From positions 621,559 to 685,558 of the forward strand of contig MEFY01000002.1 of NCBI GenBank assembly GCA_001725325.1: a stretch of DNA of 64,000 nt. Direction: 5' to 3'. This document shows, one piece after another, positions 1 to 9,474 of this stretch; positions within the stretch are counted from its first letter, which is position 1; each line of letters starts with the position of its first letter. Below the pieces are notes generated by a model that was not told the DNA's origin, did not search any database, and saw nothing but the letters and a program-made list of their open reading frames with translations. The position numbers and the translations under genes are program-made. The stretch is from Leifsonia sp. SCN 70-46 (GTDB lineage Bacteria > Actinomycetota > Actinomycetes > Actinomycetales > Microbacteriaceae).

Positions 1-2
1 GC

Positions 3-335
3 ACGGGCGGCATCCGCTGCGAGGTGCTCTCGGCGCTCATGGTCAACCGGGGCTTCCGTGAGGTGTACCAGCTCGACGGCGGCATAGCGACGTACGGCGA
101 CCGCTATGGCGACAAGGGCCTCTGGGAGGGCTCGCTCTACGTGTTCGACAACCGCATGGCGGTGGCCTTCAGCGACGCGCCCGCGGTGCTCGGCACGTGC
201 GTCGAGTGCGGCTCGGCGACGAGCAGGATGCAGAACTGCAGCGACCTGGCCTGCCGCGAGCAGCTCGTGGTGTGCGAGGCCTGCGGCGCCTCACCCGTGC
301 ACTGCGCGGCCCACGCCGCTCAGCTGCACTCGTAG
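3..335 (+). CDS. Rhodanese-domain sulfurtransferase, UPF0176/TrhO-like; 5' end lies outside the window
   Basis: The frame is open from the window edge. Translation starts ...TGGIRCE (rhodanese active-site loop) and ends in a Cys-rich tail (CVECG..C..C..CEAC..HC). Confidence 0.7.
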   Translation, partial: TGGIRCEVLSALMVNRGFREVYQLDGGIATYGDRYGDKGLWEGSLYVFDNRMAVAFSDAPAVLGTCVECGSATSRMQNCSDLACREQLVVCEACGASPVHCAAHAAQLHS

Positions 336-655
336 GGGAAGGGGCCGTAGCGGCCCGACTCCTGCCCGAGCACCTCGCACTGGTGGTACAGCACGGTGAA
401 GGCGTCGAGCCCGAACACGACCGCGAGCACGATCGCCACGACTCCGAGCGCGGTGAGGACTATCCCGAGGACCAACCCCACGCGCGCGAGCACGGCGGAG
501 GTCGACGACCTGCGGGCCGACACGAGCCCCAGACCGCCCAGCACGATCGCGGCGGGCGGGAACGGCAGCGCCACGATGATCGCGACGAGTCCGAGGATGA
601 AGGGCGTCGCATCCTGCGACCGGATCGTCACCTCGCCGGGCTCGCTCATGCGCAC
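320..655 (-). CDS. Small integral membrane protein, DUF4190-like
   Basis: 111-aa ORF with two or three hydrophobic helices and GC-rich third codon positions. It is a paralog of the next gene and has a C-terminal Cys pair (QC...EC). Confidence 0.6.
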   Translation of the reverse strand: MRMSEPGEVTIRSQDATPFILGLVAIIVALPFPPAAIVLGGLGLVSARRSSTSAVLARVGLVLGIVLTALGVVAIVLAVVFGLDAFTVLYHQCEVLGQESGRYGPFPYECS

Positions 656-666
656 AGCTTAACGAC

Positions 667-695
667 GAAGCGCCCCGGACGAGCCGGGGCGCTTC
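667..695 (-). terminator. Stem-loop between the two DUF4190-like genes
   Basis: Perfect 12-bp stem GAAGCGCCCCGG / CCGGGGCGCTTC with the 5-nt loop ACGAG, 15 nt downstream of the stop of the 710..1018 gene. Confidence 0.5.
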
Positions 696-709
696 GCGTG
701 GATCAGTTG

Positions 710-1018
710 TTACTCACCGCAGGTGATGGTGACGCCGTTCGACTCGTGCACGCCGGGGCCGAGGTCGGCGCACTGGCCGAGAAGGGCGCTCGCGCCGACG
801 ATCGAGCCGACAATGATCGCGACGAGGGCGATCGTCGAGAGCAGGCCGATGACGATGCCCGCGGTGGCGGGACCGTTCTTGAGGCCGGCCTTCTTCGACT
901 GCGAACGCGCGACGGCGCTCACGATGAGGCCGATGGGGCCGCTGAAGAAGCTGAGGATGAGGCCGACGATGCCGAGGGTCTTGCCGGCGTTCGCGGGAGC
1001 GGGAGCTGCTGCGGTCAT
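710..1018 (-). CDS. Small integral membrane protein, DUF4190-like
   Basis: 102-aa ORF with the motif GIVGLILSFF..GPIGLIVS and a second helix. Its C-terminal Cys pair (QC...TC) matches the neighbouring paralog. Confidence 0.65.
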   Translation of the reverse strand: MTAAAPAPANAGKTLGIVGLILSFFSGPIGLIVSAVARSQSKKAGLKNGPATAGIVIGLLSTIALVAIIVGSIVGASALLGQCADLGPGVHESNGVTITCGE

Positions 1019-1162
1019 ATGAGTTCTCCAAAGAAGAGTGAGGGGGCACGCGTCGCACGATTGCGACCCGCGGCACGACTCTAGTGGTCAGAGGGTCGCT
1101 GGGATAAGCAGCAGATGATCGCCGTGCCGAATGACTTTCCGCGGATGCGCAATGATTGATGC

Positions 1163-2188
1163 ATGGCAATCGGCATCCTCACGAGCGGCGGCGACTGCCC
1201 GGGGCTCAACGCGGTCATCCGCGGCGCAGTGCTCAAGGGCGACAAGATCTACAACAAGGAGTTCGTCGGCTTCAAAGACGGCTGGCGCGGCGTGGTCGAG
1301 GGCGACATCATGCCCCTCGAGCGCAAGGACATCCAGGGCATCGGCAAGCAGGGCGGCACGATCCTCGGCACCTCCCGCACGAACCCCTTCGAGGGCGACG
1401 GCGGGGCCGACCGCGTGCGCGAGAACATGGAGCGGCTCGGGGTCGACTCCCTCATCGCGATCGGCGGCGAGGGGACCCTCGCCGCGGCCAAGCGCCTCAC
1501 CGACGCGGGCATCAAGATCGTGGGCGTCCCCAAGACCGTCGACAACGACCTCTCGGCCACCGACTACACGTTCGGGTTCGACACCGCCACGCAGATCGCG
1601 ACCGACGCCATGGACCGCCTCCGCACGACGGGCGACTCGCACGGCCGTTGCATGGTCGCCGAGGTCATGGGCCGGCACGTGGGATGGATCGCGCTGCACT
1701 CCGGCATGGCCGCGGGCGCGCACGCCATCCTCATCCCCGAGCAGAAGACGAGCATGGACCAGATCTGCGAGTGGGTGCAGTCGGCCCGCGACCGCGGGCG
1801 CGCGCCGCTCGTGGTCGTCGCCGAGGGCTTCAAGCTCGACTCGATGGACGACGCGCACTCCGAGCGCGGCCTCGACGCCTTCGGCCGCCCGCGCCTGGGC
1901 GGCATCGGCGACCTCCTCGCGCCCGAGATCGAGGCCCGCACGGGCATCGAGACGCGCGCGACGACGCTCGGCCACATCCAGCGCGGCGGCACGCCGACCG
2001 CCTACGACCGTGTGCTCGCGACGCGCTACGGCATGGCGGCCGTCGACTCGGTCATGCACGGCCGCTGGGGCCGCATGGTCTCGCTGAGCGGCACGTCGAT
2101 CACGCACGTGGCGTTCGAGGATGCGCTCGGAAAGCTCAACACGGTGCCGCAGTCGCGGTACGACGAGGCAGCGATCCTCTTCGGCTGA
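1163..2188 (+). CDS. pfkA: 6-phosphofructokinase
   Basis: 341-aa ORF. The N-terminus is MAIGILTSGGDCPGLNAVIRG, and the motifs IAIGGEGTL and VGVPKTVDND are typical of the PfkA family. Confidence 0.9.
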   Translation: MAIGILTSGGDCPGLNAVIRGAVLKGDKIYNKEFVGFKDGWRGVVEGDIMPLERKDIQGIGKQGGTILGTSRTNPFEGDGGADRVRENMERLGVDSLIAIGGEGTLAAAKRLTDAGIKIVGVPKTVDNDLSATDYTFGFDTATQIATDAMDRLRTTGDSHGRCMVAEVMGRHVGWIALHSGMAAGAHAILIPEQKTSMDQICEWVQSARDRGRAPLVVVAEGFKLDSMDDAHSERGLDAFGRPRLGGIGDLLAPEIEARTGIETRATTLGHIQRGGTPTAYDRVLATRYGMAAVDSVMHGRWGRMVSLSGTSITHVAFEDALGKLNTVPQSRYDEAAILFG

Positions 2189-2215
2189 TCCGGGCTTCCG
2201 TGTCACACTGACGGC

Positions 2216-2623
2216 ATGAGCGCCTTCGTCATCATCGGTTCGGTATTCGTGGCCCTCGCGGCCGTCATCCACGTGCTGATCTTCTTCCTGGAGAGCATCC
2301 TCTGGTCGAAGCCGTCCACGTGGCGCCGCTTCGGGCTCAAGACCCAGGAGGAGGCCGACACGGTCAGGCCCATGGCCTTCAACCAGGGCTTCTACAACCT
2401 GTTCCTCGCGATCGGCATCGGCGTGGGCCTCGTGCTGCTCGGTGCCGCCGGCGCGCGGCAGGCCGGCATGGCGATCGCGCTCTTCGCGGCGCTCAGCATG
2501 GTGTTCGCGGCGCTCGTGCTCGTGACGTCGTCGCCCAAGCTCGCGCGCTCCGCCGCGCTGCAGGGTGTCGCGCCGCTCATCGGCAGCGTCTTCCTGATCC
2601 TCGCGTTCGCTACAGCGGGCTAG
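2216..2623 (+). CDS. DUF1304-like small membrane protein
   Basis: 135-aa ORF with four hydrophobic segments and coding-like GC3. Its stop shares the tetranucleotide CTAG with the convergent hemD stop. Confidence 0.65.
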   Translation: MSAFVIIGSVFVALAAVIHVLIFFLESILWSKPSTWRRFGLKTQEEADTVRPMAFNQGFYNLFLAIGIGVGLVLLGAAGARQAGMAIALFAALSMVFAALVLVTSSPKLARSAALQGVAPLIGSVFLILAFATAG

Positions 2624-3384
2624 GCGGTGTCCTCGCGCGTCGCGTACTCCACGAGTGCGGCGACGAGCGAGTCGGCGGAGCGGTCCTCCGCGATGAGGTC
2701 GACGGTGAGCCCGGCGGCGCGCGCGTCGAAGGCCGTGCGCGGGCCGATGCACGCGACGAGCGTGCCCTCGGGCAGGGGCGCCAGCTGTGCGGCGATCTGG
2801 CGGGCGACGGACCCCGAGCTCACGAGGATCGCGCCGATGCGGCCGGATGCGACATCCGCGACGACGGCGTCGGCGATGGGCACCCCGACGGTGCGGTACG
2901 CGGCGATGAACTGGGCGTCGAGGCCGAGCTTGCCGAGCCCCGTCACGAGGTTCGGCTCGGCGATGTCGGACTGCGGCACGAGCACGCGGCCCGTGATGTC
3001 GGACTTGGGCCACTCCTTGACGAGCCCGCGGGCCGAGTTGTCGGCGGCCGGCACGAAGTCGACGCGGTAGCCCGCGAGGGTGAGGGCGGCGGCCGTGGTC
3101 TCGCCCACGGCGGCGACCTTCGTCGAGGCGGGGATGGTCGCGCCCTGGCCGACGAAGACGTCGACGGTCGTCGCGCTCGTGACGACGAGCCAGTCGAACT
3201 GCCCGTCTTTGAGCTCGTGCAGCGCGTTGGCGAGGGCGGCGCCGTCGTCCGCGCTCGCGAAGTTGATCATGGGCGCGATGACGGGTATCGCACCATAGCT
3301 CCGGAGGGTCGAGGCGACGCCGTCGCCCCACTTGCCGCCGCGGGGAACGAGCACGCGCCACCCACCGAGGGGTTTGGCTGCCAT
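2620..3384 (-). CDS. hemD: Uroporphyrinogen-III synthase
   Basis: 254-aa ORF with a HemD-like two-lobed pattern (WRVLVPRGG..., WLVVTSATTVD..., ILVSSGSVAR). A GGAGGA ribosome-binding site lies upstream. Confidence 0.8.
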   Translation of the reverse strand: MAAKPLGGWRVLVPRGGKWGDGVASTLRSYGAIPVIAPMINFASADDGAALANALHELKDGQFDWLVVTSATTVDVFVGQGATIPASTKVAAVGETTAAALTLAGYRVDFVPAADNSARGLVKEWPKSDITGRVLVPQSDIAEPNLVTGLGKLGLDAQFIAAYRTVGVPIADAVVADVASGRIGAILVSSGSVARQIAAQLAPLPEGTLVACIGPRTAFDARAAGLTVDLIAEDRSADSLVAALVEYATREDTA

Positions 3385-3449
3385 GTCCCTATCCTCCCCG
3401 ACCGCGCCGAAGGACGCGAATCGAGGAGGTCACGATGCCGTTACCGGGC

Positions 3450-3677
3450 CTAGTCGTCATCCCCGCTGAGGAGCGCCCACGCGACGACCCCGGCCACGAC
3501 GACCGCCGCGGCGACGCCGCCGATGATCCACGGCAGGGGGTTCTTCTCGTAGGAGGACTTGACGGTGTCGGTGAGCTCCCCGAAGCGCTTGGGGACGTTG
3601 AGCTTGTCCTCGATGGCGTCGAGGGTGGCTTCGAGGTCGGCGCGGGCGGATGCCACGCGTGCGGAGGTGTCGCTCAT
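3450..3677 (-). CDS. DUF3618-like protein with a C-terminal TM helix
   Basis: 75-aa ORF MSDTSARVASARADLEATLDAIEDKL...PWIIGGVAAAVVVAGVVAWALL. Its ATG overlaps the upstream stop (ATGA at 3674-3677). Confidence 0.7.
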   Translation of the reverse strand: MSDTSARVASARADLEATLDAIEDKLNVPKRFGELTDTVKSSYEKNPLPWIIGGVAAAVVVAGVVAWALLSGDDD

Positions 3678-4090
3678 GAGTTGTCTCGCTTTCCGATGCC
3701 CTTGATGGCGCGGACATCCTTCTTGATGCTCTTGATGGTCTCGGTGGGCGCGGGAGGCACGCCCTTCTTGAGGCTCGCGATGCCGATGAGCGCCAGGATG
3801 ACGGCGAGGAGCAGGATGCCCCCGCCGATGATGAGCGCGGAGGCCCACGGCGGCAGCACCGTCGCGAGCCCGAGCACCGCCGCCGCGAGCAGCAGGAGCA
3901 GCGCGAAGAACGCGAACGTCGCGGCCCCCACGAGCAGCCCGATCCCCACGCCCGCGAGCTTGAGCTTTCCGACGAGCTCCTGCTTGAACGACTCGATCTC
4001 GCCCCGCACGAGGTCCATGAGCAGGGCCGGGATGTCGGCGATGAGCTTGAAGAGCCCGCGGCGCGGGGTCGGCTCGGTCGTACCGGTCAT
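3674..4090 (-). CDS. Holin-X-like (phage holin 3_6 family) membrane protein
   Basis: 138-aa ORF with two long hydrophobic helices. It is the middle gene of a three-gene set linked by an overlap and a short gap. Confidence 0.7.
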   Translation of the reverse strand: MTGTTEPTPRRGLFKLIADIPALLMDLVRGEIESFKQELVGKLKLAGVGIGLLVGAATFAFFALLLLLAAAVLGLATVLPPWASALIIGGGILLLAVILALIGIASLKKGVPPAPTETIKSIKKDVRAIKGIGKRDNS

Positions 4091-4099
4091 GGCGCCGAC

Positions 4100-4396
4100 C
4101 TACTTCGAGGTCGAGGGCTTCGCGGTGCTCGTCCTCGTGGCGGGCTTCTTCGCGGGCGCCTTGGAGCCCGAGACCTGCGACACGACCTTCTTGGCGCCGT
4201 CGGCGAGGAACTCCGCGACATCGGGGGCCTTGTCCTTCACGAACTCCTCGGCATTGTTCACCTGCTTCTGCACGCGCGGGTCGTTCCACAGCTTCTGCGC
4301 CGTGGCCTTCATCTGGTCGTACTTCTCGCGGCCGGCTCGCGTGCCCAGCACGTAGCCGATGCCGATTCCGACCACCAGCAGGATCTTGCCCTTCAT
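4100..4396 (-). CDS. YtxH-like general-stress-type protein
   Basis: 98-aa ORF with an N-terminal TM helix (KILLVVGIGIGYVLG), a charged helical region and a Lys/Ala/Pro-rich tail. Confidence 0.7.
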   Translation of the reverse strand: MKGKILLVVGIGIGYVLGTRAGREKYDQMKATAQKLWNDPRVQKQVNNAEEFVKDKAPDVAEFLADGAKKVVSQVSGSKAPAKKPATRTSTAKPSTSK

Positions 4397-4515
4397 GGCG
4401 TGCTCCGTTTCGTCGTGACGTCTGGTTCCAGCGTAGACGCGGGGGCCTGCAGGAACTCGTGGGTTACGCGACAGCGTCGGCGCGGGTAAGGTTCATCCTC
4501 GCGCATTTATGCCCG

Positions 4516-5808
4516 CTACGGAATACGGGCGGCCGCCGCGGCCTTCGCCGCGGCCGGGAGGGCGTCGAGGATGCGGCCCACCGCGGCCCCGTCGTGGGCC
4601 GCCGACACGAACCACGCCTCGAACACGCTCGGCGGCAACGAGACCCCGGCGTCGAGCATGGCGTGGAAGAACGGCGGGTAGCGGAACGACTCCTGCGCCC
4701 TCACCTCGGCGTAGTCGCGCGGCGCCGTGTCGCGGAACGCCACGGAGAACAGGTTGCCCGCGTGCTGGGTGCTGTGCGCGACGCCCTCCGCGGCGAGCGC
4801 CGCGCCGAGCGCCGCCGAGATGGTGGCCGCGGTCGCGTCGAGGTGCGCGTACACGGCGGCGTCCGCGAGGCGCAGGGTCGTGATCCCGGCGGCGACGGCG
4901 ACCGGGTTCCCGCTCAGGGTGCCGGCCTGGTAGACGGGTCCGAGCGGGGCGAGGAGGTCCATGAGCCCGGCGCGGCCGCCGAGCGCGGCGAGCGGCAGCC
5001 CGCCGCCGATGACCTTGCCGTACGTGACGAGGTCGGGCAGGTAGCTGCGGTCGAGGCCCCACCAGCCCGCGGGGGAGACGCGGAAGCCCGTGAGCACCTC
5101 GTCGAGGATGACGAGCGCCCCGCGCTCGTGGGCGAGGCGCACGAGCTCGGCGTTGAAGCCCGCGTCGGGGGTGACGACACCCATGTTCGCGGGCGCGGCC
5201 TCGACGATGATCGCCGCGACGTCGTGGGCCTCGAGCACACCGCGCACGGCGTCGAGGTCGTTGTAGGGGATGACGACGGTCTGCGCCGCGATCGCCTCGG
5301 GCACGCCCGCAGACCCGGGGATCGCCAGGGTCGCGAGGCCCGAGCCGCCCTCGGCGAGCAGACCGTCGGAGTGCCCGTGGTAGTGGCCGGCGAACTTGAC
5401 GAGCACGTCACGGCCGGTGGCGCCGCGGGCGATCCGGATGGCGGTCATCGTCGCCTCGGTGCCGGTCGAGACGAGCCGCAGCTTCTCGACGAGCGGGGAG
5501 ACGCGGTCGATGACGAGCTCGGCGAGCTCGGCCTCGCCGGGCGTGGATGCGCCGAATCCGAGGCCGCGCGCCGCGGCATCCTGCACCGCCCTGATGACCT
5601 CGGGATGCGCGTGCCCGAGGATCGCGGGGCCCCAGGCGCCCACGAAGTCGACGTACTCCGTGCCCTCGACGTCGGTGACGTAGGCGCCGCGCGCGGACAC
5701 GAGCGAGCGGGGCGAGCCGCCCACCGAGCCGAACGCCCGCACGGGGGAGTTGACGCCGCCCGGCAGCACGGCCCTCGCGCGGGCGAACGCCTCGTCGTTG
5801 GTGGTCAT
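4516..5808 (-). CDS. hemL: Glutamate-1-semialdehyde 2,1-aminomutase
   Basis: 430 aa starting [26 protein letters not shown]. The pyridoxal-phosphate lysine context is YGKVIGGG. Its ATG overlaps the hemB stop (ATGA). The longer 634-aa ORF in the track is upstream read-through. Confidence 0.95.
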   Translation of the reverse strand: MTTNDEAFARARAVLPGGVNSPVRAFGSVGGSPRSLVSARGAYVTDVEGTEYVDFVGAWGPAILGHAHPEVIRAVQDAAARGLGFGASTPGEAELAELVIDRVSPLVEKLRLVSTGTEATMTAIRIARGATGRDVLVKFAGHYHGHSDGLLAEGGSGLATLAIPGSAGVPEAIAAQTVVIPYNDLDAVRGVLEAHDVAAIIVEAAPANMGVVTPDAGFNAELVRLAHERGALVILDEVLTGFRVSPAGWWGLDRSYLPDLVTYGKVIGGGLPLAALGGRAGLMDLLAPLGPVYQAGTLSGNPVAVAAGITTLRLADAAVYAHLDATAATISAALGAALAAEGVAHSTQHAGNLFSVAFRDTAPRDYAEVRAQESFRYPPFFHAMLDAGVSLPPSVFEAWFVSAAHDGAAVGRILDALPAAAKAAAAARIP

Positions 5809-6767
5809 CGCAGGGCCCTCGCCACCTCGGCCGCGTAGTAGGTGAGCACGGCGTCGGCCCCCGCTCGCGTGATGCTGATGAGCGACTCGTGCACGGCGCG
5901 CTCGCGGTCGATCCAGCCGTTCGCGGCGGCGGCCTCGATCATCGCGTACTCGCCCGACACCTGGTACGCCCACACCGGGACGGGCGAGAGGGCGGCCGCG
6001 TCGGCGAGCACGTCGAGGTAGCTCATGGCGGGCTTGACCATGAGGATGTCGGCGCCCTCGTCGATGTCGAGGAGCAGCTCGCGCGTGCCCTCGCGGCGGT
6101 TCGCCGGATCCTGCTGGTAGCTGCGGCGGTCGCCCACGAGCGACGACTGCACGGCCTCGCGGAAGGGCCCGTAGAACGCCGACGCGTACTTCGCCGAGTA
6201 ACCGAGTATGGGGGTGTCGGCGAAGCCGCCGTCGTCGAGCGCGTCGCGCACGGCGCCGACCTGGCCGTCCATCATGCCGCTCAGGCCCAGGAGCTGCGAG
6301 CCCGCCTCGGCCTGCGCGAGGCCCATCTCGCGATAGCGCTCGAGGGAGGCGTCGTTGTCGACGCGGCCGCGGGAGTCCAGCACCCCGCAGTGCCCGTGGT
6401 CGGTGAACTCGTCGAGGCACAGGTCGGTCTGCACGACGAGGGCGTCGCCCGCCTCGGCCACGGCCACGCGCGTCGCGACGTTGAGGATGCCGTCGGGGTC
6501 GGTCGCCCCCGAGCCGATCGCGTCCTTGTGCTCCGGCACGCCGAACAGCATGATCCCGCCGAGGCCCAGCTCGGCCGCCTCCGCGACCGCCGCCCTGAGC
6601 GAGTCGAGGGAGTGCTGCACGACGCCCGGCATCGACGAGATGGGCAGGGGCGCCGACGCGCCCTCGCGCACGAACACGGGCAGGATGAGGTCGGCTGCGT
6701 GCAGGCGCGTCTCGGCGACGAGACGGCGTATCGCGGGGGACTGGCGCAGGCGGCGGGGACGGTCCAT
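5805..6767 (-). CDS. hemB: Porphobilinogen synthase (delta-aminolevulinate dehydratase)
   Basis: 320 aa starting [17 protein letters not shown]. The motifs [12 protein letters not shown] and YQVSGEYAM are present. The start overlaps the hemC stop by 1 nt. Confidence 0.95.
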   Translation of the reverse strand: MDRPRRLRQSPAIRRLVAETRLHAADLILPVFVREGASAPLPISSMPGVVQHSLDSLRAAVAEAAELGLGGIMLFGVPEHKDAIGSGATDPDGILNVATRVAVAEAGDALVVQTDLCLDEFTDHGHCGVLDSRGRVDNDASLERYREMGLAQAEAGSQLLGLSGMMDGQVGAVRDALDDGGFADTPILGYSAKYASAFYGPFREAVQSSLVGDRRSYQQDPANRREGTRELLLDIDEGADILMVKPAMSYLDVLADAAALSPVPVWAYQVSGEYAMIEAAAANGWIDRERAVHESLISITRAGADAVLTYYAAEVARALR

Positions 6768-7657
6768 CAGCCCATCAGCTCCCTCGCGCCCAGGTCGAAC
6801 AGCTCCTTCGCCACACGCTCGGCGAGGTCGCCGGCGGGGTCGCGGGTGTCGTCGACGTACAGGGCGTGCGAGCTCGTGAGACGGCTCGACCCGTCGGCGG
6901 CGTACACGCGCGCCGAGAGGAACAGCATGCCGTCGTCGATGAGCGCGTGCGCGCCCACGGGCGCGGAGCATCCCGCCTCGAGCAGGGCGAGCGTGCGGCG
7001 CTCGGCCTCGACGATGATGCGCGTCGTGCGGTGGTCGAGGGCGGAGACGAGCTTCTCGTCGCCCGCGCGCACCTCGACCGCGAGGGCGCCCTGGCCGGGG
7101 GCGGTGGGCCAGCCGTCGATGCCGAGGAACTCGGTCACGGCGTCGAGGCGGCCGAGGCGCTCGAGGCCTGCGGCGGCGAGGATGACCGCGTCCAGCTCGC
7201 CCGAGGCGACCGTGCCGAGCCGCGTGTCGACGTTGCCCCGGATGTCGACGACCTCGATGTCGGGGCGGCGGGCGCGCAGCTGGGCCACCCGGCGGGGCGA
7301 GCCCGTGCCGACGCGGGCGCCCTCGGGCAGGGTGTCCATCGTGAGGGAGTCCCGTGCGCACAGGGCGTCGCGCGGGTCGAGCCGCTTCGGGATGGCGGCG
7401 ACCACGAGGCCGGGCTCGGGCGCCGTGGGCAGGTCTTTGAGGGAGTGCACGACGACGTCGACATCCCCCGCGAGGAGCGAGTTGCGCAGCGCGGTGGCGA
7501 ACACGCCCGTGCCGCCGAGGCTCGCGAGCGACTCCGTGGAACGGTCGCCCTCCGTCGTGATCGTCACGATCTCGACGTCGCCCTTGAGGGCCTTGGCGAC
7601 CGTGCCGGTCTGGGCGACGGCGAGCGCGGAGCCGCGCGTGCCGATGCGGAGGGTCAC
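6767..7657 (-). CDS. hemC: Hydroxymethylbilane synthase (porphobilinogen deaminase)
   Basis: 296 aa starting from [20 protein letters not shown]. The motifs HSLKDLP and [10 protein letters not shown] (cofactor Cys) are present. The GTG overlaps the hemH stop (GTGA). Confidence 0.9.
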   Translation of the reverse strand: MTLRIGTRGSALAVAQTGTVAKALKGDVEIVTITTEGDRSTESLASLGGTGVFATALRNSLLAGDVDVVVHSLKDLPTAPEPGLVVAAIPKRLDPRDALCARDSLTMDTLPEGARVGTGSPRRVAQLRARRPDIEVVDIRGNVDTRLGTVASGELDAVILAAAGLERLGRLDAVTEFLGIDGWPTAPGQGALAVEVRAGDEKLVSALDHRTTRIIVEAERRTLALLEAGCSAPVGAHALIDDGMLFLSARVYAADGSSRLTSSHALYVDDTRDPAGDLAERVAKELFDLGARELMG

Positions 7658-8796
7658 GGCACGAGCCCCGCGAGCGCCGGCTTGAAGCCCAGCCGCACGT
7701 TCTCGCAGCAGCCAGGACGGCACACGTCGTACCAGGGGCCGAGGGTCGTGAGCGCGGGGCGGTCGGCGGTCGGGACTCCGTCGCGGCGCTCGAGCACGAG
7801 GTCGACGAGCCCCGTCACGAAGGCCGCGTGCACGCCGGGGGTGGGTACGCGCACGGCCCACATGCCGTGCTCCGCGGCCGTCTCGAGGGCCTCGGTGTCG
7901 AGGTCCCACTTGACCTCCATGTGGTCGGAGATGAACCCGAGGGGCACGATGACGACGGCCGTGATGCCCTCGGAGGCAAGCTCCTCGATGCGGTCGTTGA
8001 TGTCGGGCTCGAGCCACGGCTGCGTGGGCGGGCCGCTGCGCGACTGGTACACGAGATCCCAGCCCACGCCCTCGTGCTCGGCCATGATGACCTCCGCCAC
8101 GGCGAGGTGCTGCGCCTGGTACGCGTCGCCCTGGGGCCCGCTGCGCTCGGCGTCGGCGGTCGGGATCGAGTGGGTGGCGAACAGGACGCGGATGGCGGAG
8201 CGCTCGGCGCCGGCGGCCGTCGCATCCTCGATGCCCTTCGCGACCCCCTCGAAGAACGGCTCGACGAAGCCCGGGTGGTCGAAGAACTGGCGCACCTTGT
8301 CGATCTGGATGACGCCGCCGAGGCCCGTCTCCTCGAGCGCCATCGCGTAGTCCTCGCGGTACTGGCGGCAGCTCGAGTACGACGAGTACGCCGACGTGCC
8401 GACGGCGATGAGCTTGGTGAACCCGCGCTCGTTCGCCTCGGTGAGGGCGTCGCGCAGGTACGGGTCCCAGTTGCGGTTGCCCCACAGCACGGGCAGGTCG
8501 ATGCCGCGCCTCGCGAGCTCGGCCTCGAGGGCCGCCTTGAGCGCGCGGTTCTGGTCGTTGATGGGGCTCACTCCGCCGAACGCGCGGTAGTGGTGGGCGA
8601 CCTCCTCGAGGCGCTCCTCGGGGATGCCGCGGCCGCGCGTGACGTTGCGGAGGAAGGGGATGACGTCGTCCTGGCCCTCGGGCCCGCCGAAGCTCGCGAG
8701 CAGGATCGCGTCGTAGGCCACGGCCTCCTCGACGTGCTCGGGCCCGGACTGGGCTGCGGGGGTGGCGCCGGGCACGAGCCCGTTGGTGATGGTCAC
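7654..8796 (-). CDS. hemH: Coproporphyrin ferrochelatase of the actinobacterial type, with a C-terminal Cys cluster
   Basis: 380 aa starting from a GTG that overlaps the hemQ stop (GTGA). Ferrochelatase motifs are FATHSIP and ISDHMEV. Cysteines in SSCRQY and VCRPGCC fit a [2Fe-2S] site. Confidence 0.9.
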   Translation of the reverse strand: MTITNGLVPGATPAAQSGPEHVEEAVAYDAILLASFGGPEGQDDVIPFLRNVTRGRGIPEERLEEVAHHYRAFGGVSPINDQNRALKAALEAELARRGIDLPVLWGNRNWDPYLRDALTEANERGFTKLIAVGTSAYSSYSSCRQYREDYAMALEETGLGGVIQIDKVRQFFDHPGFVEPFFEGVAKGIEDATAAGAERSAIRVLFATHSIPTADAERSGPQGDAYQAQHLAVAEVIMAEHEGVGWDLVYQSRSGPPTQPWLEPDINDRIEELASEGITAVVIVPLGFISDHMEVKWDLDTEALETAAEHGMWAVRVPTPGVHAAFVTGLVDLVLERRDGVPTADRPALTTLGPWYDVCRPGCCENVRLGFKPALAGLVP

Positions 8797-9428
8797 TTCA
8801 GGATCTCCGAGACCTCTGAGGCCGGGATGCGCCGGCCCGTGTAGAACGGCACCTCCTCGCGCACATGCCGGCGCGCCTCGGTCTGGCGCAGGTGGCGCAT
8901 GAGGTCGACGAGGTCGACGAGCTCCGGGGCCTCGAGGGCGAGGATCCATTCGTAGTCGCCGAGCGCGAACGACGCGACGGTGTTGGCGAGCACCTGGCGG
9001 TACTCGGAACCCTTGCGGCCGTGGTCGGCGAGCATCTGGCGGCGCTCATCCTCGGGCAGCAGGTACCAGTCGTAGGAGCGCACGAACGGGTAGACGGTGA
9101 GCCACTGCTCCGGCTCCTTGTCGCGCATGAACGCGGGCAGGTGGTTGGAGGTGAACTCGGCGTCGCGGTGCACGCCCATGGCGTTCCACGTCGGCAGGAG
9201 GGTGGGCAGCGCGCGGCGCAGCTCGCGCAGGGCCCACTGCAGGTCTTCGGGCGCCTCGCCGTGCAGCCAGATCATGAGGTCGGCATCCGCCCGCAGGCCC
9301 GACACGTCGTAGAAGCCGCGGACGGTCACGCCCCTCGACTCGACCGCGGCGAGGGCGGGGGAGAGGTCGACGGCGCCTGACGGCCGGGCGGGGTCTCGGC
9401 GGAGTACCGCCCAGAGGGTGTAGCTCAT
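8793..9428 (-). CDS. hemQ: Coproheme decarboxylase (chlorite dismutase family, HemQ/ChdC)
   Basis: 211-aa ORF with WLTVYPFVRSYDWYLLP and ALGDYEWILALEA, typical of HemQ. A strong GGAGG lies upstream. Confidence 0.9.
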   Translation of the reverse strand: MSYTLWAVLRRDPARPSGAVDLSPALAAVESRGVTVRGFYDVSGLRADADLMIWLHGEAPEDLQWALRELRRALPTLLPTWNAMGVHRDAEFTSNHLPAFMRDKEPEQWLTVYPFVRSYDWYLLPEDERRQMLADHGRKGSEYRQVLANTVASFALGDYEWILALEAPELVDLVDLMRHLRQTEARRHVREEVPFYTGRRIPASEVSEILK

Positions 9429-9474
9429 GCCTCTATCCTCCCCCAGAACTACTGGGGTGTTCGCCGTGAGAAAC

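Noticed and set aside
1088-3361. Very long alternative-frame or antisense ORFs, e.g. 1088-3361(-), 4459-5838(+), 14228-16651(+), 25094-27082(-), 32803-34008(-), 48492-50309(+), 52618-55047(+) and 60329-62011(-)
   Set aside because: Their translations are monotonous Arg/Ala/Gly/Pro/Asp-rich strings with no recognisable motifs. Each lies opposite or out of frame to a gene with clear family motifs. Long spurious ORFs are expected when stop codons are rare in GC-rich DNA.
3674-4090. Holin-family gene as evidence of a prophage lysis cassette
   Set aside because: There is no endolysin, spanin, integrase or phage structural gene nearby. The gene is part of a conserved chromosomal YtxH/DUF3618 triad, so the holin name is only a family label.
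4516-6420. N-terminally extended versions of real genes in the ORF track (hemL as 634 aa, hemB 518 aa, hemC 572 aa, hemH 431 aa, the pentapeptide protein 503 aa, the FAD enzyme 464 aa, the methyltransferase 441 aa, the PKS 499 aa, the lipoprotein 196 aa)
   Set aside because: The extensions are low-complexity read-through of the upstream gene in another frame. The conserved N-termini begin at internal ATG or GTG codons that overlap the upstream stop (ATGA/GTGA) or follow a Shine-Dalgarno sequence.
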